A stretch of 64,000 nt of DNA from the NCBI GenBank assembly GCA_030647955.1, contig JAUSIQ010000004.1, positions 36,533 through 100,532 on the forward strand. Direction: 5' to 3'. This DNA comes from a bacterium (GTDB taxonomy: Bacteria; Patescibacteriota; Minisyncoccia; 2-02-FULL-40-12; IGHO2-12-FULL-4). The notes beneath the pieces were generated by a model. It searched no databases and was not told where the DNA came from. It saw nothing but the letters and a program-made list of their open reading frames with translations. This document shows, in pieces, positions 35,227-43,257 of this stretch; position 1 is the first letter of the stretch, and the number at the start of each line of letters is the position of its first letter. The position numbers and the translations under genes are program-made.

Positions 35227-36717
35227 TTAGGCAGCGGGCTTTTGTTTCTTTACTCTAAGTATAAAAACAATTTTATTTTCCTTAACAGTTACAGTAATGG
35301 TCTGACCAGGCCTAATTTTCTCTTGATCAAAAAACTTTCTTAGGGGAGTGGTAACCAGAATTTTTAATTGCTTACTCACGCCCTCGGCCTGTTCCTCTGG
35401 GAACTGTCGGGCTTTGGCGATGATATAGCCTCTTGCTTCCGGATCAATTTCTAGACCGATTAGTTTGGCTTCAAGGCCTAGGATAACTTCATCAATCTGC
35501 ATGTCTAGAATGTCTCGCAAATCTTTTTCGGAGAGATCGTTAAAGGTAACGATCGCATCAATCCTGTTAAGAAATTCTTGGGGAAAAGTTCGCTCTAATT
35601 CTTTTTTAATAGCTAGCCGGATGTCCTCTGTTTTATTGCTGCAAGGACGAAAGCCAATAGCTTTGTTCTTATTGCGTAAAATAGGAGAAATGCTCTTGGC
35701 GCCTAAATTAGATGTAATAACAAAAATGGCTTTTCGAAGATTGGTTTCTTCTCCATTGGCCATCTGGGCGATGCCTTCTTGAAAAACCTGCAAGAAGAAA
35801 TTCCAGATTTGGAAGTGAGCTTTTTCGATCTCGTCTAATACAATAATGAGAATAGGCTCTTCTTCCTGGCTGCTATTTGGTTCTACTAACGTTCGTAATG
35901 CCGTCACGGCGTCTAATGAAGGAGCTGTAGAAGGATTTTCTTGTGGTTCTTCTGCTTTCTCTTCGTTCTCCCCGATTATCTCTCCGAGCATTTCATTGTA
36001 GAATTCCAAGAAAAGAATATTTCTTTTCGTAGTGACGATTTGGATCCGTTCTCTAATCTGGACCTTGAGTAGTTCGGATTCACGAGAAAGTTTGCCTTGT
36101 TTTTCTGCTTCTTCAATCTTGCGGATTTGATCCTGGAAATGGGCGATAGTACGATCCAGGAGTTGCAATTCTCTCAGGGCTAGCTCGAAGCCTCCTTTTT
36201 CTAGCGAAAGCATTAAGTGTTGTCCTGTCAGGAATTCGATCGGAGAAAGCTCCTCTTGATGATCGGGACTCCTTTCTTTAATGGATCTTGTCGCGTTTTT
36301 GCCGATGCGCTTCTCTTTTCTTCCAGGAATTTTAGAATAGAGATTTTGTTTGGAGAGAGCGGGAGGATCTTCGTAGCCAATATAGCCTTGAGGAGAGCCG
36401 ATTAGCTTTGAAACGAAGTGGGCTTGATTATAGGTTTCCATCGACAGCTTGGTGATCGCGTCGGGGGTGCCGTAAAACAACTTGCCTAGTATCCTGCCAA
36501 CTTCTGTCTTGCCTACTTGTGACGGACCCAAAAAGAGAAAAACTCCAATGGGCTTTCGGCGAGTATTTTCGGTGATGTCTTTAAACCCTGATCGAAAATT
36601 TCCATATTGATCTAGAACTGCGGAAATGGCTTCTTCTTGTCCAACAATGTGTTTTCTTAGAAATTTTTCGGCTTCCTCAATGGTTGGAAGCCACGGTCCG
36701 GATAAAGTCTTGGACAT
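35227..36717 (-). CDS. AAA+ ATPase resembling a stand-alone ClpA/ClpB D2 module, with an insertion of about 180 aa rich in coiled-coil
   Basis: Walker A GPSQVGKTE. GYIGYEDPP. Walker B ILIIVLDEIEKAH. Sensor VITSNLG. ClpB_D2-small-like C-terminus. A coiled-coil-like insertion LELALRELQLLDRTIAHFQDQIRKIEEAEK... sits between Walker A and Walker B. Confidence 0.6.
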   Translation of the reverse strand: MSKTLSGPWLPTIEEAEKFLRKHIVGQEEAISAVLDQYGNFRSGFKDITENTRRKPIGVFLFLGPSQVGKTEVGRILGKLFYGTPDAITKLSMETYNQAHFVSKLIGSPQGYIGYEDPPALSKQNLYSKIPGRKEKRIGKNATRSIKERSPDHQEELSPIEFLTGQHLMLSLEKGGFELALRELQLLDRTIAHFQDQIRKIEEAEKQGKLSRESELLKVQIRERIQIVTTKRNILFLEFYNEMLGEIIGENEEKAEEPQENPSTAPSLDAVTALRTLVEPNSSQEEEPILIIVLDEIEKAHFQIWNFFLQVFQEGIAQMANGEETNLRKAIFVITSNLGAKSISPILRNKNKAIGFRPCSNKTEDIRLAIKKELERTFPQEFLNRIDAIVTFNDLSEKDLRDILDMQIDEVILGLEAKLIGLEIDPEARGYIIAKARQFPEEQAEGVSKQLKILVTTPLRKFFDQEKIRPGQTITVTVKENKIVFILRVKKQKPAA

Positions 36718-36799
36718 TCTTGGCCCCCATTTGTTAATGAACGCTTGCTTAATCGTATGCTAGCACTGCTGATTAGTTTTGCAAGATTAAGAGCGTAGA

Positions 36800-38155
36800 T
36801 TAGCGACCGGCACGACGAAAGACGATGTTGGCGGTTTTTAGAATTATGGATAAATCTAGGGCCAAGGAGCGGTGCTTAATATAGAAGAGGTCGTATTGTA
36901 GTTTTTCCGCCGTATCTTTAATAGAGGCTCCATAACGGTACTGGGTTTGAGCCCAGCCGGTTAATCCGGGCTTGATAAGGTAGCGTTCTTCATAAAAAGG
37001 GATGCCGTTCTTTAATTCGTCGTGGAATTCCGGTCTTTCGGCACGCGGACCAACAAAAGACATTTCTCCCTTAAGGATATTCCAAAGCTGAGGTAATTCG
37101 TCCAGACGACTGCGGCGCAAAAAACTACCAATTTTCGTAATACGGGGATCGTTTTCTTGAGCCCAAACTGCTCCGGAGTCTTTCTCTGCGTCGGGAATCA
37201 TAGTGCGGAACTTAATGATCGAAAAATTTTCACCGAGCTGTCCAATGCGAGTCTGACGAAAGAAAATCGGTCCGCGAGAGGTGGAACGGATGGCCAGAGC
37301 GATGAAGGGTGTCAGGATCAGCGTGACTACTCCCAAGACTAACGCAAAAACAATGTCGGCGGTGCGTTTGGCGATTTCATAGAATCTTTTAGTTCCTTCG
37401 GAAAGATTTTCTAGGAACCAAACCTGATCAATATTCGCCAAAAGAATTTTATTACTGATTTTTTCGTAGAAATTGGAGAGAGGATAGAAGTTAATTTTTT
37501 TAGAGAGGAGTTGATAAAAGTTTTTGATCAGGCGGGGTATTTTATAGGCTTCGGGAGAAATAATAATGGTGTTTACTTCCTTGGCTTCTACTTTTTCTCT
37601 CAATTGATCCATGCGGCTAAAGATTTCCACTCCGGGAATGTGGGTCTGTCCGGAAGAGCTAGGGTCTAAGATAGCTTCGAGACGATAGCCGAGTTGGGGG
37701 TTATCGTTTAGAAATTTGGCTAGTTCGATGGATTGTTCATTAAGGCCGACAATGATGGTGGGACTTTTAAACTTACGAGAGGAGAAAAGATAATTAAAAC
37801 CAACGCGGGTTACAAAATCTAATCCGGAGAAAATTATCAAGAATAAAAATAAATTCCGGCGCGGAGCAATTCCCCAGTAGGGCAGGAGGTAGAAAAAAGC
37901 GATAGCCAATACCGCGTTAGTGGCCGCAGTTTTAAAAAAGGTGCTATAAAATTCCGGCCCGTTTTTTAAGAAAGAGAATTCGTAGAGGTTGGCGATGTAG
38001 AAAACAAATAACCAAATAATAAAAAGGATAGAAAAGGGAAGGAGGTGAAAGTTAAACTGATCTTGTAAATCTGTGCCATAGCGCAAAATAAGCGTCGCAA
38101 AAAGTGACGTATAAAGAATGATAATATCGCTGAAAAATAAGAGAGATTTACGCAT
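36800..38155 (-). CDS. Polyprenyl-phosphate glycosyl-1-phosphate transferase (bacterial sugar transferase, WbaP/CpsE-like priming enzyme)
   Basis: N-terminal TM helices. C-terminal Bac_transf signature IIKFRTM...DELPQLWNILKGEMSFVGPRAERPEF. Confidence 0.8.
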   Translation of the reverse strand: MRKSLLFFSDIIILYTSLFATLILRYGTDLQDQFNFHLLPFSILFIIWLFVFYIANLYEFSFLKNGPEFYSTFFKTAATNAVLAIAFFYLLPYWGIAPRRNLFLFLIIFSGLDFVTRVGFNYLFSSRKFKSPTIIVGLNEQSIELAKFLNDNPQLGYRLEAILDPSSSGQTHIPGVEIFSRMDQLREKVEAKEVNTIIISPEAYKIPRLIKNFYQLLSKKINFYPLSNFYEKISNKILLANIDQVWFLENLSEGTKRFYEIAKRTADIVFALVLGVVTLILTPFIALAIRSTSRGPIFFRQTRIGQLGENFSIIKFRTMIPDAEKDSGAVWAQENDPRITKIGSFLRRSRLDELPQLWNILKGEMSFVGPRAERPEFHDELKNGIPFYEERYLIKPGLTGWAQTQYRYGASIKDTAEKLQYDLFYIKHRSLALDLSIILKTANIVFRRAGR

Positions 38156-38227
38156 TTAAGCGGCTAATCAATGAAGTAGAGGCCTCTTTTATAATACTTC
38201 ATTTTACGGTTTTTGTCTATATACAGG

Positions 38228-38325
38228 AACAATTCATCCCGTACGAAGTCCGACTCACGGATTGGAGTCGGCAGAAACCAGAGGTTTCTTACTTCGTTCG
38301 GGATTCATCCCTGTTTCACAGTATT
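38228..38325 (+). promoter_or_regulatory. Structured 5' leader (three nested hairpins) upstream of 38326..38886
   Basis: Outer stem ATCCCGTACGAAGT/ACTTCGTTCGGGAT. Inner stems CCGACTC/GAGTCGG and GAAAC/GTTTC. Confidence 0.35.
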
Positions 38326-38886
38326 TTGTCAGAATCGTGTTCTATGGATAAAAATTATTTAAACGGAATAATTATTCTAGCCGCGCTCGGAGCGGTATTG
38401 GTGGCAACTGTTTCCATGGGAGCTCTGGATAAGCCGAAAGATAATATTGTCGAAGTGGATCATGCGAATCAGGAGCAGGCTTCCTTGTCTCCCAGTCCTA
38501 TGACCAGCTCGCAAGCTTATGTTAGCGCTACTACGGCAGTGACAGCCACGGCTACTCCAGCTCCACTTTTTATTACTTTAACGCCCATGAATCAATCTGG
38601 GCAATCGGGAGTGGCGACTATTTTAACTGATACAGATGGACAAGAACAGGTTTCTTTTAATTTTTCGGGGAAGGTGGCGCTACAACCCGCCGTTATTTAT
38701 GAAGGCAGTTGTACCGATCCTCGGCAAAAAAAGTATGAGTTAAATCCCTTGAAAGACGGAGGAGGAGTGACAATTTTAGATAAAGTTGGATCGCGTCTAT
38801 TGGATTCCCGTAGCGCGCTGGTAATCATGATAGGAGCATCGCTTTCCGAGCCAGAACGCTTCGTGGCTTGTGGAGTAGTTTCTTAA
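38326..38886 (+). CDS. Hypothetical membrane-anchored/secreted protein (186 aa)
   Basis: N-terminal TM or signal helix IIILAALGAVLVATVSMGAL. Ser/Thr/Ala-rich segment. Confidence 0.4.
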   Translation: MSESCSMDKNYLNGIIILAALGAVLVATVSMGALDKPKDNIVEVDHANQEQASLSPSPMTSSQAYVSATTAVTATATPAPLFITLTPMNQSGQSGVATILTDTDGQEQVSFNFSGKVALQPAVIYEGSCTDPRQKKYELNPLKDGGGVTILDKVGSRLLDSRSALVIMIGASLSEPERFVACGVVS

Positions 38887-38985
38887 TAGCGAGTCCTTTC
38901 TGTTTTACATGGCGAGGGTGTTTATTTTATAAGAAAGTGGTATAACCAAACTAACGGGTTGTTTTAAAATTAGGAGTAAGAGCGC

Positions 38986-40047
38986 ATGAGTTTGTCAGAT
39001 ATAAAACCCAAAGTAGGTTTTATCGGCTGTGGGTTTGTTGGTGGCGCCTGGGTAAGTTATTTGGAGCGAGAGCGTCAGTATATCCGAGGACAAGATTTTT
39101 TTTGCTACGATCCGGGCAAAAACATGTTCGATGATGTTAATCAGGCCAATATTGTGGTTATTAGTGTCCCTACGCCGGACAAAAACGGACAGTGCGATCT
39201 TTCCATTGTCTACGAAGCGGTGGCGCGAGTTAAGGATGGAAAGTGGGTGGTGTTGCGCTCGACTGTTCCTCCTGGCACGACGGCTCGCCTACAGAAAAAA
39301 TATCCGAGTTTATATTTTATTTATATTCCGGAATTTTTGACCGAGTCTCGGGCGGAAGAAGATTTTCGCAATCCCGATCGGGTGATTATTGCGCTAGCTG
39401 GAACGAATTTCCAGATTGTCGATACTTTGTTGTCACTGTTTCCCAGGGCACGAACTTTAAGCGTGCCGGGTTATGTGGATACCTATAATTGGCTGGATGC
39501 CACTTCCACGGAAGCGGAGATGGCCAAGTCCTTTGGCAATGTGATGGGAGCGATTAAGGTAACCTTGGCGGAAATCTTTAGTACTGATTGTCGCCTCCTC
39601 GCTTATCAGCTAGCCGAGGAAGGGATCGATACTCGAGTGGATTATGACCGTGTCCGTAAAATGGTGGCGACCGATTATCGCATTGGCGATGCGCACCTGC
39701 AGTCTGGGCATGGTGGCTATCGTGGTTTCGGAGGCTACTGTTTTATTAAGGACACCTATGCGCGGCGTTCAGCGATTGTTGATCGCTTAGTCTGGGTGCA
39801 GAGTCTTGTGACAAAATGCGGAGGAGGCCGAGAGCTCGACAAGTTGTGGAAATTAGGAAGGCTATTGCGACATAACGTGGAATTCTTCGATGCCATGTTG
39901 GCCAGCAATGCCGCCCTTCTTAATCTACAGGGACTAACCGAATTAGAGGCGATGACCCACGCTGCTGCATTATCTGACATTATTAAAAATCGAGAACTAA
40001 AAGACGTTGAAGATTATCTGCCCGAAACCGTGAAAGGAGGAAAATGA
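38986..40047 (+). CDS. NDP-sugar dehydrogenase (UDP-glucose/GDP-mannose dehydrogenase family)
   Basis: IGFIGCGFVGGAW Rossmann motif. VPTP. PEFLTESRAEEDFRNPDRVII. Catalytic Cys motif GFGGYCFIKDT. Confidence 0.75.
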   Translation: MSLSDIKPKVGFIGCGFVGGAWVSYLERERQYIRGQDFFCYDPGKNMFDDVNQANIVVISVPTPDKNGQCDLSIVYEAVARVKDGKWVVLRSTVPPGTTARLQKKYPSLYFIYIPEFLTESRAEEDFRNPDRVIIALAGTNFQIVDTLLSLFPRARTLSVPGYVDTYNWLDATSTEAEMAKSFGNVMGAIKVTLAEIFSTDCRLLAYQLAEEGIDTRVDYDRVRKMVATDYRIGDAHLQSGHGGYRGFGGYCFIKDTYARRSAIVDRLVWVQSLVTKCGGGRELDKLWKLGRLLRHNVEFFDAMLASNAALLNLQGLTELEAMTHAAALSDIIKNRELKDVEDYLPETVKGGK

Positions 40048-40991
40048 TGAGTGGAAAACGCGTCATCGTCACCGGCGGAGCGGGATTTATCGGTTCGCAT
40101 CTAGTGGACGAATTATTATTTTTTAAACACGAAGTGATAGTTATTGATAACCTCTCTCTTGGTAAACGAGAAAATATCCATCCCCGGATTTTCGACGAGC
40201 GTACTTTCTTTCGATACGACATTCGAAACCTGCAGCAGATCCGACCTCTTTTTGATGGGGTAGACTGTGTTTTTCATTTAGCGGCTCATCCACGCATCCA
40301 GCCTTCGATTATTGATCCGATCACTTCTTTTGAAAATAATGTAACAGGAACACTGAATGTTTTGATGGCGGCCAAAGAAGCAGGAGTGAAGAAGCTCGTA
40401 TTCTCCGGTTCATCTTCTGTTTATGGAGACCAGGAATTTTCTCCGCCGTATGGTGAGGATCGTATTCCTAGCCCGAAAAATCCTTATGCGCAATTTAAGC
40501 TGGATAGCGAGCGGCACTGTTTAATGTTTAACAAACTCTATAATTTGCCGGTCGTTTGTTTTCGCTATTTTAATGTCTATGGCGAGAGGCAATCAACAGG
40601 GGGAGCTTACGCTACGGTTGTCGGTATTTTTCTTCGTCAATTAGAGCGGGGTGAGCCCTTGACGATTGTTGGTGACGGAGAGCAATCGCGTGACTTCACT
40701 TATGTGCAAGATGTGGTGCGGGCCAATATCGCCGCGGCTAATTCGTCTTCGGCGGTAGGAGAAGTTATTAATATTGGTTCGGGCGAAGATTTCTCTATTA
40801 ACGAAGTGGCCGGCATGATTGTGGGTAAGGAATTAAAGGGAGTGCAGTATCTGCCAGTTCGTCCAGGGGAGGCACGAGAGACGCTGGCCAATATTTCCAA
40901 AGCTAAGCAGCTATTGGGTTGGCAGCCTTGGGTACGATTGTCGGACTGGTTGAAGTACCAGATTAATAAGGAGCAACCTTCCGCGGTTTAG
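40044..40991 (+). CDS. NAD-dependent epimerase/dehydratase (UDP-glucuronate decarboxylase / 4-epimerase-like)
   Basis: VIVTGGAGFIGSHLVDELL. Start overlaps the upstream stop as ATGATGA. Confidence 0.75.
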   Translation: MMSGKRVIVTGGAGFIGSHLVDELLFFKHEVIVIDNLSLGKRENIHPRIFDERTFFRYDIRNLQQIRPLFDGVDCVFHLAAHPRIQPSIIDPITSFENNVTGTLNVLMAAKEAGVKKLVFSGSSSVYGDQEFSPPYGEDRIPSPKNPYAQFKLDSERHCLMFNKLYNLPVVCFRYFNVYGERQSTGGAYATVVGIFLRQLERGEPLTIVGDGEQSRDFTYVQDVVRANIAAANSSSAVGEVINIGSGEDFSINEVAGMIVGKELKGVQYLPVRPGEARETLANISKAKQLLGWQPWVRLSDWLKYQINKEQPSAV

Positions 40992-41006
40992 AAGTTAACT
41001 TATGTT

Positions 41007-42842
41007 ATGATATTAATAATGCGCTCTAGAATTATCCTATTTTTATTTTTGACGGTATTGCTGACGATACCGTCTTTTGTTTTGGCCGCTAACATCGGCG
41101 ACCAGCAAAACTTTAATGTCAGTTCTATTTATGATGCCAGCGGCAGAAATAATCTTTCGGCTACGTTACGCGCGCAGGGCCAGTACGCCAATTTTTTTAT
41201 TGAAGATGCCTACTGGAGTAGTAAAATATTTTCCGAACAGCAAGAGATTATGCAGAAAGTCCTGAAGCTGTCGGAAGAATTTGATACCAAAATTTACCCC
41301 CTGGAAACTCAATTCTGGGGAGCAGAGCCCAATCCGGGCATTGATGGCGATCCACGCGTGACTATCATTTTATCTAATTTGATCAATACCGCGGGAGGTT
41401 ATTACGATACCGCCAATCAATATTCCCGGACGAGAGTGCCGGACTCCAACGAAAGAGAAATTATTTTTTTGAATATTCGCACCCTGATGCCCGATCAGCG
41501 TATTTATGGTTTTTTGGCCCATGAGTTTCAGCACATGATCACTTTCAATCAGAAAACTTTGTTACGAGAAACGTCTGACGATATCTGGTTTAACGAGGCC
41601 CGCTCGGAGTATGCGCCAACGCAACTGGGTTATAGCGATGCTTATGAAGGCTCTAATTTAAAGCGTAGGGTCAGTGCCTTCATTGCGGAACCGACTGATA
41701 GTCTAACGGAGTGGTCCAACGAGGCAAAAGATTATGGTCAGGTGGCTTTGTTTGCCGAATATGTCGCCGAGCATTATGGGGTTAGTATTTTATCCGATGC
41801 TTTAAAAAATCCAAGATCGGGAATCGATTCTATTAACGAAGCGCTGTTAAAAAATGGCTATAATAAAACTTTTGGAGATGTGTTTTTAAATTGGGCAGTA
41901 GCTAACGGTATTAATGACATTGGTTTGGATCCGGCTTATGGCTATTTTCGAGAAGGATTGAGGCAGGAATTACGCGTGGCTCCCACACAAGTTCTTACTA
42001 GCGTGGATGATCAGTCCGATGTGACGTGGGTACACGAATTTAAAGATTGGCAGGCAAAATGGTTTTGGGTGACGGGATTTCAGTCTGGCCAAAAAAATGT
42101 TCTGCAAGTAAATTTTTCTGGATCGGCTAAGTCTTGGCTAAAAGTAGCCGGTGTTATCTTTTATACCAACGGCAATAAAGAAGTGAAATTTTTCGATGTC
42201 TCAGATTCCGCGGTCAGTACCAACATCTATTTTAATTTGGGAAGCGGAGCAGAAAAAATTATTCTTATTCCGGTAAAGATGGAAAAGTTTTCCGACTTTG
42301 GCGATAAGGAGTCGCTCTCCAAGCTGACCATGAATTTCAAGCGCGTGGCAACTATGCCTTCCTCAACTCCTACGCCCACCCCTACGCCAACGCCGACACC
42401 GAGTCCTTCTCCGACTCCGAAGGTCATGGTAAAGCCAGCCCAGTTTGGATTGAAAGAGGGAGATTTTATCCGGGCAGAAGGAGATAATAATGTTTACATT
42501 ATCAACGATTTTGGCTATAAGCGCCTGGTATTAAATCCCCAGATCTGTTTGCAGTATGCACATTTGGGTAAGAGGGGATGCTTTGCGGCGGTGAAGAAAG
42601 TTTCACCGGAAGTGCGAGATAAATTTATCACTTCCTGGTATTTAACTAATGGAGAAACCGAAGATGGAAAAGTTTATTGGCTTAATCCGACCGGCGAAGA
42701 TAGCGCTGATCTACGGCATCTGCAAATTTCCGGCGCAGACTTTATTGCTCAAGGAGGAAATTTCGCATCCGTATTTTTATTTAACACGCGAGAACAAAAT
42801 TCTTACACACGTGGCTTGGAATTAAAAAGTTTACCGCGGTAA
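41007..42842 (+). CDS. Secreted protein with HEXXH zinc-metallopeptidase-like motif, Thr/Pro/Ser linker and C-terminal domain paralogous to the N-terminal domain of 8832..10700
   Basis: Signal peptide MRSRIILFLFLTVLLTIPSFVLA. FLAHEFQHMI (HExxH). PTPTPTPTPTPSPSPTP linker. C-terminal domain shares DxIxAxxDxxVYIINDxGYKRLxLNPxI...VKxVSxEV...GEDxxxLR with the other surface protein. Confidence 0.55.
   Translation: MILIMRSRIILFLFLTVLLTIPSFVLAANIGDQQNFNVSSIYDASGRNNLSATLRAQGQYANFFIEDAYWSSKIFSEQQEIMQKVLKLSEEFDTKIYPLETQFWGAEPNPGIDGDPRVTIILSNLINTAGGYYDTANQYSRTRVPDSNEREIIFLNIRTLMPDQRIYGFLAHEFQHMITFNQKTLLRETSDDIWFNEARSEYAPTQLGYSDAYEGSNLKRRVSAFIAEPTDSLTEWSNEAKDYGQVALFAEYVAEHYGVSILSDALKNPRSGIDSINEALLKNGYNKTFGDVFLNWAVANGINDIGLDPAYGYFREGLRQELRVAPTQVLTSVDDQSDVTWVHEFKDWQAKWFWVTGFQSGQKNVLQVNFSGSAKSWLKVAGVIFYTNGNKEVKFFDVSDSAVSTNIYFNLGSGAEKIILIPVKMEKFSDFGDKESLSKLTMNFKRVATMPSSTPTPTPTPTPTPSPSPTPKVMVKPAQFGLKEGDFIRAEGDNNVYIINDFGYKRLVLNPQICLQYAHLGKRGCFAAVKKVSPEVRDKFITSWYLTNGETEDGKVYWLNPTGEDSADLRHLQISGADFIAQGGNFASVFLFNTREQNSYTRGLELKSLPR
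42366..42420 (+). repeat. Coding low-complexity repeat encoding the (PT)n/(PS)n linker
   Basis: cctacgcccacccctacgccaacgccgacaccgagtccttctccgactccg. Confidence 0.85.
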
Positions 42843-42909
42843 CCCCTTGTTTTTATGGTCATTTTGCGGTCTGGTATTTTTAATTAAATGTGCTAAAATA
42901 AACAACATT

Positions 42910-43236
42910 ATGAAAATCATTTTACAAGCCAAAAACATCGATTTAACCCCTAGTATTAAGGAGTTTGTCGATGAAAAAGTGGGGATGATCAGTAAGCTTT
43001 TAAACGATAAGGACGAGGAGCTGGCTGAAGCTCGGGTGGAGGTGGGTAAGCCTTCACGGCATCATCAATCCGGTTTTGTATTCTATGCAGAGATTAATCT
43101 AAAGATTGGCAAGCAGCTGTTGCGAGCCACAGAGGAGCATCTCGATTTACACACGGCCATCGATGCCGCTCGGGACAAAATCGAAATGCAGCTGCGTAAA
43201 GTTAAAGAAATAAAGATAAGCGGCCGAAGAAATTAG
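42910..43236 (+). CDS. hpf: Ribosome hibernation promoting factor / RaiA family
   Basis: MKIILQAKNIDLTPSIKEFVDEKVGMISKLL is the classic HPF N-terminus. Start placed at the in-frame ATG 42910. Confidence 0.75.
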   Translation: MKIILQAKNIDLTPSIKEFVDEKVGMISKLLNDKDEELAEARVEVGKPSRHHQSGFVFYAEINLKIGKQLLRATEEHLDLHTAIDAARDKIEMQLRKVKEIKISGRRN

Positions 43237-43257
43237 GGATTAGTATATCATACACGC

